From positions 1-32,696 of the forward strand of contig JAZRFS010000153.1 in assembly GCA_045643765.1 (NCBI GenBank): a DNA stretch of 32,696 nucleotides. Direction: 5' to 3'. This document shows, one piece after another, positions 18,930 through 27,679 of this stretch (within the stretch, counting starts at the first letter, position 1; the number at the start of each line of letters is the position of its first letter). This stretch comes from Eubacteriales bacterium. GTDB lineage: Bacteria > Bacillota > Clostridia > Oscillospirales > CAG-272. The translations under genes and the position numbers were made by a program. The notes below the pieces were generated by a model. The model ran no database searches, was not told where the DNA came from, and worked only from the letters and a program-made list of their open reading frames with translations.

Positions 18930-20249
18930 TCAACCCAGCTCGTCTACCAGTGCCTTGGCGGCGGCGGTCATCTTGTCCTTCGCGCCGTAGCCGAGGCGGC
19001 CGGAGTAGTAGCGTCCGCCGTAAGCGGTAGAGCCGAGGGTGCTGTCGGGGCAGCAGTAGCCCACGTGACCGTTGGTCAGCTCACTGACAAGGATCTTCTT
19101 GTCGGGGGCGACCGCCTTCATGGCAAGGCCGATCTCGGTGTAAAGCTCGGCGGGCGTGGTGAGGATCGTCCAATCCCCAAGGCGGATCACCTGCATCTCC
19201 ACGTCCATCGTTTGAGGGGCGTTCGGATCAAAGGAAAGCGTGGTGTTCATCACGGAGCGCGCGCTGTTTACCATACGCTCACCGGCGTCCGCGCGTGCCT
19301 TTTTCTCCTGTGCGTTTTCCACTTCCCAAGCGGCGGGGGTGCGCTTTTGATAGGTGTCCGTGCGGACAGCCGCGCGCACGTCGGGGGTGCAGGCGCAGGT
19401 CTTGATCTCGCGGTTGATCTTGCACACGGTTTCGGTCAGCAGCTTGCCGATCTCCTCGGGCATATAGGTGAGAGCGGAGGCATATGCCTCGCTTACGCCG
19501 CTTTGATAGTTGTAGGCGTTGACGTCACCGCACGCGCCGTTGAAGAACAGCACCACAACGTCGCGGCCGTAGATCATCTTCAGATTTTCGCGCAGATAAC
19601 CGATAAAGTCGGAGGAGAAGTGGGTGCGTCTGGTGTTATCGTTGTCGGGGTGGTTGGCGTAGTTGACAAGGAACGCAGCGGGCTCGCCGTCGGCACCGTC
19701 CACGCGCATCACGTGCACGTCATAGTCCACCGTGCCAAGATAGCCAACGATGTGACCCTTTGCCGCCTTGCCGGGGATGGATACGAGGCGTCCGTCGTCC
19801 AGCTTGCAGTCGCGGTTGAAGCTCAGGCGCTTCTCCTCGCCCTTGCCTGTGCCGATCGCGAAGCCGTCCTTCATGCTCTCGAACGCCTCGACCGCGACCT
19901 TCACCACGCAATCGTTGGTGTAGTCAGCGATGTGGTGGTCGCCGGGAACGCCGTCGCACGCCATGTGCAGGTTCGCACCCGTGTGCGTGTGCGTGGCGGC
20001 AAGCAGAATATGCGAAGCAGGGACGCCCGTCTTTGCCGCAATACGCGCGCGAATGTCGGTGGCATAGTCGGTCTCAAACAAAAGCTGGTCAACCGAGATC
20101 AGAATAACGGTCTCCTTCTCGCCTGCAAACGCCGCGGCGTTGGCGAACAGGGGGCAGCGCGCCTCGCCGCGCGCCCAATAGGGCAGACCCTCGCCGGGCA
20201 TAAAGCCCTCCAGAGGGGTGAAATCAATTTGTGCAAATCCTGCTTTCAT
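18930..20249 (-). CDS. Ceramidase-like amidohydrolase, copy 2 (439 aa)
   Basis: Same motifs; long identical stretches with copy 1; AAGGAG RBS. Confidence 0.75.
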   Translation of the reverse strand: MKAGFAQIDFTPLEGFMPGEGLPYWARGEARCPLFANAAAFAGEKETVILISVDQLLFETDYATDIRARIAAKTGVPASHILLAATHTHTGANLHMACDGVPGDHHIADYTNDCVVKVAVEAFESMKDGFAIGTGKGEEKRLSFNRDCKLDDGRLVSIPGKAAKGHIVGYLGTVDYDVHVMRVDGADGEPAAFLVNYANHPDNDNTRRTHFSSDFIGYLRENLKMIYGRDVVVLFFNGACGDVNAYNYQSGVSEAYASALTYMPEEIGKLLTETVCKINREIKTCACTPDVRAAVRTDTYQKRTPAAWEVENAQEKKARADAGERMVNSARSVMNTTLSFDPNAPQTMDVEMQVIRLGDWTILTTPAELYTEIGLAMKAVAPDKKILVSELTNGHVGYCCPDSTLGSTAYGGRYYSGRLGYGAKDKMTAAAKALVDELG

Positions 20250-20281
20250 AGCGGTTTCTCCTTGTAAAGGTTAATTTCAAT

Positions 20282-20405
20282 GTGGCACAATGCCACTTTC
20301 GCCAACAATGCGGCTGTCGGCTTTTTCTTTTGTATAAAAGGTTTTCGGAGGGGGGGGTGGGGGAGGGGCTTTTATCAAAAGCTCTCCCCCACCAAATGTT
20401 TTCCC
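20282..20405. repeat. Family A half-element
   Basis: GTGGCA-CAA-TGCCAC plus core GCCAACAATGCGGCT 20282-20315; hairpin 20356-20393; abuts stop at 20406. Confidence 0.82.
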
Positions 20406-21803
20406 TTATTGAAACTTCCGGTTGAAAAGGCGGTTGTCCTTGATCTCGCCCATGCGATGCTGGATGTGCGACTCAAACATTCCCTTGAGCATCGTGACCG
20501 CGCCGTCCACAAGGATGTCGGCGGTGCCGAGCCCTGTGTAGGAAATGTTGGAGTAGATGCTCTCATAGCAGCCGCCGCGCAGCACGTAGTCGGGTGCGAT
20601 GTAGCCGTGCGAGCCGTCGGCAAGCTCGACCACCACGGTGTGCGCGAAGGGGGAGAGCGCCTTGATTTTAAGCCCGATCTCGGAGAAGATCTCGCCGGGC
20701 AGACCCACGAATACGATGTCGCCCAGCTGCAGCACGTGTACGCCGATGTCCATCAGCTTCGGCGTGTTCTCAGCGTCCTCTGCCAGATAGATCTCTGCGC
20801 ACTGTCTGTCGTGGCTGCACGCGTGATCCTCCATCTTGCCGTTTTTCTCAAGGTATTCCAGATACTGCTTTGCCCACTCCTTGCGCTCGGGCGTTGCATA
20901 GCGGCGCGCGGTGGGGAAGGTGCAGTATCTGCCCTGGATCAGCGCCTCACCCTCTCGGGTGTAAACGGGCGGATTCATCTTTTCAATGGTGTCGGCAAGT
21001 CCCTCACCGATGTGCCAGCTGGAGTAGGTCTTGGGGAGGACGTGCGTTTTCTTGTGGTTGTAGTTCTTGAAATCGTAGTGGTTGATATTGCCGCAGCAGC
21101 CGTTGAGGAAGAGCACCACCACGTCGCGGCCGTACTTGCGGCGCAGCGCCTCGCGCATCGTGCCCGCGTAGTCGGCGTCAAACTTGTCGGGGTGAGCATT
21201 GGTATCTAGATGCAGCGCGTAGTTGACCACGAAGCAAAGCGGATAGCCCTCCATATCGTCAAAGCGCATCACGTTCACGCTTTGGTCGATGTCCGAGATC
21301 GGGCCTACCAGATCGCCTGCCCATCCAAGCCCCGGGTTGGTGACGATCTCGCCTTTCACGGAGAAGAAGTCGCGGCAGAAGGAAAAGCGTGTTTCGTAGG
21401 TGCGGCCCGTGCCCATCTTGACCTCGGCAAGCTGCTCGTTGGCGGCGATCACCGCCTGTACGGCAGCGTCCGCTACGGGAATGAGCGCGTCGGGGTTGGC
21501 GGGGCAGCCCCAGCAGCGCACGTCGGTCTCACAGCCCGTGTGGGTGTGGGTGGTATGTACGAAAATATAATCGGTGGAGATCTTCAGCACCTTGCCGATG
21601 CGCTCGCGCAGAGCGCTTGCCCAGTCAACGGTAACAAAGATGATGTCAAGCGACAAAAGCACCGCTTTGATACCTTTGCTTTCGATCACGGCGGCGTGCG
21701 CCATCAGGGGGGTGAGCTTGCCCTTGCCGTAATGCCCCTTGATCTGACCGGGGATCGGCCCTTCCGCGGGGGTGTATTCTCTTTCTGCAAATCCTGCTTT
21801 CAT
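20406..21803 (-). CDS. Ceramidase-like amidohydrolase, copy 3 (465 aa)
   Basis: TTHTHTG, NYALHLD, FLNGCCGNIN, PGEIF motifs; AAGGAG RBS. Confidence 0.75.
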   Translation of the reverse strand: MKAGFAEREYTPAEGPIPGQIKGHYGKGKLTPLMAHAAVIESKGIKAVLLSLDIIFVTVDWASALRERIGKVLKISTDYIFVHTTHTHTGCETDVRCWGCPANPDALIPVADAAVQAVIAANEQLAEVKMGTGRTYETRFSFCRDFFSVKGEIVTNPGLGWAGDLVGPISDIDQSVNVMRFDDMEGYPLCFVVNYALHLDTNAHPDKFDADYAGTMREALRRKYGRDVVVLFLNGCCGNINHYDFKNYNHKKTHVLPKTYSSWHIGEGLADTIEKMNPPVYTREGEALIQGRYCTFPTARRYATPERKEWAKQYLEYLEKNGKMEDHACSHDRQCAEIYLAEDAENTPKLMDIGVHVLQLGDIVFVGLPGEIFSEIGLKIKALSPFAHTVVVELADGSHGYIAPDYVLRGGCYESIYSNISYTGLGTADILVDGAVTMLKGMFESHIQHRMGEIKDNRLFNRKFQ

Positions 21804-21855
21804 ATCGGTTCTCCTTGTGTGAGTGTTGGTTTTTTATAAATCGTGGATGGCGGGA

Positions 21856-22062
21856 ACTACCCCACCACCGCGGGGCCAATTCGGCTTATGCCGAATAGGT
21901 CACTTGCTTCGCAAGATGCGCGGTCCCCCGCCCCTTACAAGGGGCGGACGAGTGAGTGCGAACATAGCACACAGCTTTTTAAAAAGTTAAAGCAAATAAT
22001 GCGGCTACATAGTCCTCCCCTTGAGAGGGGAGGGGGACCAACGAAGTTGGTGGAGGGGTAGT
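21856..22062. repeat. Family B inverted doublet
   Basis: ACTACCCCACCACC...GGTGGAGGGGTAGT ends; hairpins CCGCCCCTT-AC-AAGGGGCGG, CCTCCCCT-TGAG-AGGGGAGG, ACCAAC-GAA-GTTGGT; GTGCGAACATAGCA and AATGCGGCTACAT shared with the 18345 copy. Confidence 0.85.
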
Positions 22063-22078
22063 AACAATTCCCGATCGC

Positions 22079-23461
22079 TCAATTCTTTCTGGTCGTATGT
22101 GCAGGGCGCATCGCAACGCCGCCGACGGTTTTGTCAAGATACTCCTTGTGCATCTCGCAAAGCATCTTGGTGGCACCGTTTACCAGCACGTCCACCGTGC
22201 CGTGTCCCGTGAAGGCGATGGTGCTGTAAATGCCCTCGTACGCGCCGCAGTCCTGAATGATGTCGGGGGAGATGTAGCCGTTCGCGCCGCTCTCCAGCTC
22301 TACCACCAAGGTCTTGGGGTAGGGGGAGTTCGCCTTGATGCGCGTGCCGATGCAGGTGTAGATCTCACCGGGCAGTCCGACGATCGCCCAGTCGCCCACC
22401 TGCATTACGTGCACCTCCACCTCGCAGGTGGCAGGCATCTCCTCGGGCTCGGCAAGATATTGCTCGGCAAGCAGCAGCGAGTGCTCGTTCATCTTCTCCT
22501 CGCCTGCGTCCTTTTTCGAAAGGATCATCTTCGCCCACTCGCGCATCTCGGCGGTGGCGTGGCGGCGCAGGGTTTCCTGCATCTCGGAATTGGCATGGAT
22601 GAACGGATCCGCATCCTTCATTACAATGCCCTCGTTGATCTTCGCAACCGTTTCGGCAAGTCCCTCGCCGATCATCTCGGGCGGACAAAGTCCGTGGCCG
22701 CGGTAGCTGTCGGAGGTGCGGTATTTGAAGTCTATATCGTTCACGTCACCGCACGTGCCGTTGAGGAACACCACCACCACGTCGCGGCCGAAGCGGCGGC
22801 GGAGCGCCGTGCGCAGATAACCGGGGTAGTCGGCAGAGAACTTGTCGCGCAGCTTGTGGTTGTCGGGGTGGTTCGCGTAGTTGACGATGAAGCACTTGGG
22901 GCGATCCTCCTCTACACTGTCGATACGCATGACGTGTACGGACTGATCCACCGTGTCGAAGGGAGCGACAAGATCGTCACCCTTGAAGCCGGGGTTGCTG
23001 CGAAGTCTGCCGTCAGCCATGTACCAGTCGCGGTTGAAGCTGTATCTGGTCTCAAAGCCCTGACCTGTGCCAAGTCTTGCCTCAACGCGGTTTTCAAATG
23101 CCTCCACAGCGGCGGCAACTGCCATCTCACCGGCAAATTCCGCGACCTCGGGCTCGGCAGGTGTGCCCCAGCACTGATAGTCGGTGCCGCACCCCGTGTG
23201 CGTGTGCGTGCACGCGAGCAAAATATTTTCCACGGGCACCGAGATGGCGTCCGCGATCTTCTTCTTGATGCGATCCGAGAGGGCGGTGGTGATGAAGATG
23301 ATGTCCATCGCCACAAAGACCGCGGTCTTGTCGCCTGACGTGATCACGGCGGCGTGCGCCATCAGCGGCGTGCGCGTGCCTTTTGCAAAGTAAGGGCCGA
23401 TCTCGCCGGGCATATTGCCCTCGGCAGGTGTGAATTCTCTTTCTGCAAATCCTGCAAGCAT
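22079..23461 (-). CDS. Ceramidase-like amidohydrolase, copy 4 (460 aa)
   Basis: CTHTHTG, SFNR, NYANHPD, FLNGTCGDVN, PGEIY; GGAGGT RBS. Confidence 0.75.
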   Translation of the reverse strand: MLAGFAEREFTPAEGNMPGEIGPYFAKGTRTPLMAHAAVITSGDKTAVFVAMDIIFITTALSDRIKKKIADAISVPVENILLACTHTHTGCGTDYQCWGTPAEPEVAEFAGEMAVAAAVEAFENRVEARLGTGQGFETRYSFNRDWYMADGRLRSNPGFKGDDLVAPFDTVDQSVHVMRIDSVEEDRPKCFIVNYANHPDNHKLRDKFSADYPGYLRTALRRRFGRDVVVVFLNGTCGDVNDIDFKYRTSDSYRGHGLCPPEMIGEGLAETVAKINEGIVMKDADPFIHANSEMQETLRRHATAEMREWAKMILSKKDAGEEKMNEHSLLLAEQYLAEPEEMPATCEVEVHVMQVGDWAIVGLPGEIYTCIGTRIKANSPYPKTLVVELESGANGYISPDIIQDCGAYEGIYSTIAFTGHGTVDVLVNGATKMLCEMHKEYLDKTVGGVAMRPAHTTRKN

Positions 23462-23486
23462 TTTGGTACCTCCAATGTGTGTGTTC

Positions 23487-23730
23487 GTGGGGAAAACTTT
23501 TTCAAAATTTTCCCCACACCCTTTTCAAAACCTTTTGAAGAAGGGGGAATAGGTGTTGTTCGTTGTTGGTTCGTTGTTTGTTTATAAATCGCGGATGCGA
23601 GGCGTCGACGCCCCGTATGGCATAATGCCTTAATCGCAAACAATGCGGCTACACAAAGTCTTTTTTTATTGAGAAGTTTTGAAGGGGTCATAGGGGAAAC
23701 TTTCCTAAAAGTTTCCCCTGACGCGTCTCC
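23487..23730. repeat. Family A palindromic doublet
   Basis: Hairpins 23487-23517 and 23692-23719; GGCATAATGCC plus core GCAAACAATGCGGCT 23636-23650; abuts stop at 23731. Confidence 0.9.
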
Positions 23731-25053
23731 TCAATACAACTTCTTCAGCGTTTCCACGCTGCCGGCGACGATGGTGTCCATCGCGCCAAAGCCGGTGGTG
23801 CCGGAGCTGAAGCGGCCCTCGTACGAGCCGTTCTCGCGCACGCTGTCGGGAATGACGTAGCCGTGGTGGCCGTTGGCAAGCTCTACGGGAATGGTGTGGG
23901 TGAAGGGCGAGCCCTCTTTGATCGAGCGACCGACGGCGGTATACATCTCACCGGGCATCGCGATCATACCCCAGGGACCCACGCGGTAGCCCGTGACCAC
24001 GAATTCCTCGGTTTCGGGGACGTTCTTGCTGCCCTCAACGTACGCCATCGCCGTGCCGTACTCCCAGACGACGGGGTACTCGGTCTTGGCTTTCTCCAGC
24101 ACGTCGGCAGCCCAGGCGCGCTCGGCATCGGTGATCTGGCGGCGCTTGACCGTGAGGGGATTTTCCAAAACAGCTACGGTGTTGTCGCTCACGTCCTCGG
24201 CGGTGTGATCCAGTGCCTTGATGATCGTGTCTGCCATGCCGTTGCCGATGACCTCGGGAGCGATCACGTCGGGGGCGTTGTGCAGCTTAAGGTGTGTTTG
24301 GTTGAGGAAATCAAAGTGGTTGACGTCACCGCAGCAGCCGTTGAAGAACAGCACCGTGACGTCCTCGCCGTACTTTTCCTTCAGTGCGATGCGCATAAAG
24401 CCGGGCCAGTCGGCGCAGAATTTGTTGCGCTTGCGGGTCTTGCCGTTATTGGTGTCGGGGTGGTTGGCGAAGTTGACCATGATGGCGACGGTTTTGCTGT
24501 CCTGCATCACGCGCATAATTTCAATTTGATGATCGGGCACGTCGCAGGTGCGCAGGATCTCATCGTAATATTTAGGGGCGGGATTGGTCTTGATGCGGCC
24601 GTCCTTGAGTACCACGTCGCGGACGAAGGAAAAGCGCTTTTCCTCGGCGGTGGCGACCTGAAGGGTTGCGCCCTCGCTCATATTTTCAAACGCCCGGATG
24701 GCGGCACTTGCGATGCGGTGCGCCACGACCTCGGCGATCTCGGGCTCTGCGGGGGATTTCCAGCAGGGGAGGTCGTAGGAGGGACCCATGTGGGTGTGGG
24801 TGGCGGCAAGCAGAATATTTTTGACGGGCAGACCCGTAGCGGCGGCAACGCGGCTGCGGATGTCGGCGGCATAAGCGCTGTGGAACAGCAGATGGTCGGC
24901 GGAGATCAGAATGATGGTCTCACCGTTATTTTCAAACGCGGCGGCGTTTGCCTGCAGGGGGGTGTAGGCACCGTTTGCGTAATACGCATCAAACTCACCC
25001 GGCATAAAGCCCTGTTTGGGGGTGTATTCAACTTCTGCAAATCCGGCTTTCAT
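23731..25053 (-). CDS. Ceramidase-like amidohydrolase, copy 5 (440 aa)
   Basis: Start MKAGFAEV at 25053 with AAAGGAG RBS (the track's 25437 start crosses the promoter and terminator); ATHTHMG, NFANHPD, FFNGCCGDVN, PGEMY. Confidence 0.78.
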   Translation of the reverse strand: MKAGFAEVEYTPKQGFMPGEFDAYYANGAYTPLQANAAAFENNGETIILISADHLLFHSAYAADIRSRVAAATGLPVKNILLAATHTHMGPSYDLPCWKSPAEPEIAEVVAHRIASAAIRAFENMSEGATLQVATAEEKRFSFVRDVVLKDGRIKTNPAPKYYDEILRTCDVPDHQIEIMRVMQDSKTVAIMVNFANHPDTNNGKTRKRNKFCADWPGFMRIALKEKYGEDVTVLFFNGCCGDVNHFDFLNQTHLKLHNAPDVIAPEVIGNGMADTIIKALDHTAEDVSDNTVAVLENPLTVKRRQITDAERAWAADVLEKAKTEYPVVWEYGTAMAYVEGSKNVPETEEFVVTGYRVGPWGMIAMPGEMYTAVGRSIKEGSPFTHTIPVELANGHHGYVIPDSVRENGSYEGRFSSGTTGFGAMDTIVAGSVETLKKLY

Positions 25054-25168
25054 TTGTGGTTCTCCTTTGTATGGATGAAATTTTTCCGCACGCGTATGCG
25101 AGCGCGCGAGAAATAAAAGGCACCTGTCGCCGCTCTCTATATAATAGAGAGGGTGGGCGCTTACGGCA

Positions 25169-25197
25169 AGTATAGCAAAGAAAAGGGGGGTTGTCAA
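25169..25197 (-). promoter_or_regulatory. sigA/sigma70-type promoter heading the paralog run
   Basis: Minus strand TTGACA (25197-25192), 17-nt spacer, TGn-TATACT (25174-25169). Confidence 0.8.
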
Positions 25198-25206
25198 CCC
25201 TATTTT

Positions 25207-25226
25207 CACATTTTTGGCAAAATGTG
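25207..25226. promoter_or_regulatory. Candidate operator palindrome
   Basis: CACATTTT-TGGC-AAAATGTG just upstream of the -35 element. Confidence 0.3.
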
Positions 25227-25229
25227 CGA

Positions 25230-25263
25230 AAAACCCGAGATTTCCTGGGAAATCTCGGGTTTT
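25230..25263 (-). terminator. Intrinsic terminator after the phosphotriesterase-family gene
   Basis: 16-bp perfect inverted repeat AAAACCCGAGATTTCC-TG-GGAAATCTCGGGTTTT with T-runs, just downstream of the stop at 25287. Confidence 0.7.
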
Positions 25264-25286
25264 GAGGGTGCTTTTTTGTGCAAAAA

Positions 25287-26309
25287 TCAAAAATCCAGAA
25301 ATGCGGCGGGATTTTGGACGGTCAGGCGGTCGATAGCCGCTTCCTCTACGCCGATATAGCGTAGCATCGGCAAAATGGTGCGTGCCACGTGCATAAAACC
25401 GTTGCCGCCGTACGCGGCAAGCATGGTCTTGAGGCAAATATCGTTGGTGACAAGCAGGCGATCACCGTAGCCGTCGGCAATGAGGCGCGCGATCATCTCG
25501 GCGCGCTCCATATCGTAGGCAAACTTGCCGCGGATCTTGCCGTGGTCGCGGGGCGGCATAAAAAATTCCTTGCCGCAGTTGTCAAACTCGATCCACGCGC
25601 CCTCGTCCAGCAGATATTTGCAATAATCGTAGCGCAGATCCACGTCGATGTGGTCGATGCAGATTTGCGTGGGGTCGGTACCCACTTTTTTGGCGATTTC
25701 CAATACCGTTTTGCCGTTTTCTTCCCAAAGACTGGTGTGAAAATGCACCGAGGCACCGCTCTCCCGCGCGGCGGTCAGCGCGGCCTCCACGCACTTGTGC
25801 TCGGCGTCCGTGATCTCGGCGCTGGTGCCGATCTCACCGACGACGCCCGCGCGCATATCGGTGCCCTGCACGCCCTCGTTGAGGTCGCGCAGGATCTCGT
25901 CCGTGAGCTGCGTCACGGTCATATCCTTGACCGCCTGCGAAAGCGAGGGCTCGGTGTAATGTCCGCAGCCCACCACAATATTGACACCCGTGCGCTCGGA
26001 AATGCGGCGCAGCGCGCGCACGTCGCGGCCAATATCATCGGGCGTGGCGTCCACGATCGTTTGCCCGCCGTACTTTTTGAAAAGCGTGAGCTCGCGCACC
26101 GCCACCTCCTCGTCGGTGTAGGCGGCGTTTTCCTTGATGTAATAAGGGTCGGAAACCATCAAATAGCGGTTGAACGGGGTGATTTTTCCGTGAAATTCCG
26201 CGTGCGGCATCTCGTCCACACAGTTCTCCATGTCGATGAGAATATGCTCGTGCGGAAGCGTAAAGCCAAGCGCTTCTTTGGGGAGGTCCCCCAAGATCGT
26301 GCGGATCAT
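25287..26309 (-). CDS. Phosphotriesterase-family (PTE/PHP-like) amidohydrolase/lactonase
   Basis: GFTLPHEH, GGQTIVDAT, GVNIVVGCGHY, GEIGTS, HFHT, DHID, TND, NPA motifs; ATG 1 nt after the upstream stop. Confidence 0.9.
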   Translation of the reverse strand: MIRTILGDLPKEALGFTLPHEHILIDMENCVDEMPHAEFHGKITPFNRYLMVSDPYYIKENAAYTDEEVAVRELTLFKKYGGQTIVDATPDDIGRDVRALRRISERTGVNIVVGCGHYTEPSLSQAVKDMTVTQLTDEILRDLNEGVQGTDMRAGVVGEIGTSAEITDAEHKCVEAALTAARESGASVHFHTSLWEENGKTVLEIAKKVGTDPTQICIDHIDVDLRYDYCKYLLDEGAWIEFDNCGKEFFMPPRDHGKIRGKFAYDMERAEMIARLIADGYGDRLLVTNDICLKTMLAAYGGNGFMHVARTILPMLRYIGVEEAAIDRLTVQNPAAFLDF

Positions 26310-26310
26310 C

Positions 26311-27507
26311 TTACTTCAAAAAACCGGGCAGGAACTCGTCGTTGTAGGTGGTCACGCGCTCAGCACCATTCTTGCCGATCACGTACACGTCCTCCACGCG
26401 GAAGGAGCCCCACTCCATGCCCTTGAAATATGCATCGATGCAGATGCCCATGTTCTCTTCAATGATGCGCTTGTTGTTCACGGAGAAGACGGGTGCCTCG
26501 CATTCAAGCAAGCCCGTGCTGTGCAAGCTGCCGTAGGGGCAGTAATCAATGTAGCCGTACTTGGTCAGATAATCGGTGTAGGCGTTCAGCACCACGTCAC
26601 AGGGGGTGCCGGGCTTCATCAGGTCTGCGGCGGTGTTGAGTGCCTCGTACGCGCACTTGATCGCGTCCTTGATCTTCTGGGGCACCTCGCCCAGTACGTA
26701 AGGGGTGCAGATGACGCCGTTATAGCCCTCGTAGCACACGCCGGCGGCAAGGTTGAGGATCTCGCTTTCCTGCATCTTGCGCGTGGTGTTGCGGCCCATG
26801 CTGATGAAGGAGTTCACGGGGCCGGTCGCTACCATCGGGGCAAACGCCTGCACGTAGCTCTCACCGCCAAGGCGGATCAGCTCGCCCTCCAGCTCTGCCT
26901 GCAGCTCCAGCTCGCTCATACCCGCGTGGATCTTGGGAACCACGTTGCGGAAGGTGTCGCTGATGATGTCGCACGCGCGGCGAATGCAGGCGATCTCGGC
27001 AGGGGTCTTGACCACGCGGCGCGCGTAGTGCTGCTCGTCAAAGTCGACGATCTCCACGCCCTCAAACACGCTTGCCAGCTTGTTGTAGATCACGGCAGGG
27101 AAGGTCAGCTTGCCGATAAGGCCGATCTTCTTGACGTTGTATTTTGCCTTCAATTCCTTGAAATAGACCTCGAAGTCCAGCTGTCCCTCGGTGTCGTACT
27201 CAAAGCCGGATACCTCACCGATCTCGGGGAAGATCTTGATGATGGAGCCGTCCAGCTTGTTCTTTGCCTGGGCGTAGTCATAGCCCGCCTGACCGGAGCA
27301 AAGGGTGACCTCGCCCTCGGCAGGGATAATGATGGCAGCGCTCTCATTCACGGCAGCAAAGTCGGTGAAGTAGCGCACCGTAGAGGGGTCCAGCAGGTTG
27401 GAAAAGCCGACCAGCATATCGATGCCGGCAGCCGCCATATCGGCACGGGCCATAGCCACACGGGCGGTAAATTCGGACTTTTCGATCACGGGAAACAGAT
27501 TTTTCAT
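26311..27507 (-). CDS. M24 (Xaa-Pro peptidase/creatinase-like) family protein with atypical metal site
   Basis: Creatinase-like N-domain (VRYFTDF), RRVVKTPAEI, GMSELE, HSTGL, FRVED; AAGGAG RBS. Confidence 0.8.
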   Translation of the reverse strand: MKNLFPVIEKSEFTARVAMARADMAAAGIDMLVGFSNLLDPSTVRYFTDFAAVNESAAIIIPAEGEVTLCSGQAGYDYAQAKNKLDGSIIKIFPEIGEVSGFEYDTEGQLDFEVYFKELKAKYNVKKIGLIGKLTFPAVIYNKLASVFEGVEIVDFDEQHYARRVVKTPAEIACIRRACDIISDTFRNVVPKIHAGMSELELQAELEGELIRLGGESYVQAFAPMVATGPVNSFISMGRNTTRKMQESEILNLAAGVCYEGYNGVICTPYVLGEVPQKIKDAIKCAYEALNTAADLMKPGTPCDVVLNAYTDYLTKYGYIDYCPYGSLHSTGLLECEAPVFSVNNKRIIEENMGICIDAYFKGMEWGSFRVEDVYVIGKNGAERVTTYNDEFLPGFLK

Positions 27508-27543
27508 AGCAAATTCTCCTTTTCGGATATTTTTTACACCTTC

Positions 27544-27572
27544 ATATTAACATAAAACGCGGCACAAGGCAA
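27544..27572 (-). promoter_or_regulatory. Putative promoter of the M24-PTE operon
   Basis: TTGCCT (27572-27567), 17 nt, TGn-TAATAT (27549-27544) on the minus strand. Confidence 0.45.
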
Positions 27573-27625
27573 TACAACTCCTTGCGCGCGTGATGCAAAC
27601 TATTGCTTTTCTTGCGCGATTTTTG

Positions 27626-27654
27626 TTGACAATCTTGCGCACGTTTGCTATAAT
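27626..27654 (+). promoter_or_regulatory. Consensus sigA/sigma70 promoter of the AraC gene
   Basis: TTGACA 27626-27631, 17-nt spacer, TGn-TATAAT 27649-27654. Confidence 0.85.
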
Positions 27655-27679
27655 CGTGGATAGAGAAGGGGGTGAGCAC

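Noticed and set aside
3786-23719. Family A hairpins as ordinary intrinsic terminators
   Set aside because: No U-tract directly after the stems on the sense strand, they also occur before start codons, and the convergent region has its own canonical terminator at 30721-30762. Weak termination is not excluded.
1-25197. Integron-like cassette array (head promoter, co-oriented genes, hairpin at gene ends)
   Set aside because: No integrase in the window, no attC-type RYYYAAC/GTTRRRY boxes seen, and the same repeats follow fhs and the AraC gene; a genome-wide REP-like family is more parsimonious.
228-27555. Long plus-strand ORFs (e.g. 228..1721, 3889..5502, 5995..7986, 8056..10398, 10865..12625, 12955..14685, 26230..27555)
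   Set aside because: Antisense shadows in register with real minus-strand genes; V/L/H/G-rich, no recognisable motifs; explained by codon bias in GC-rich genes.
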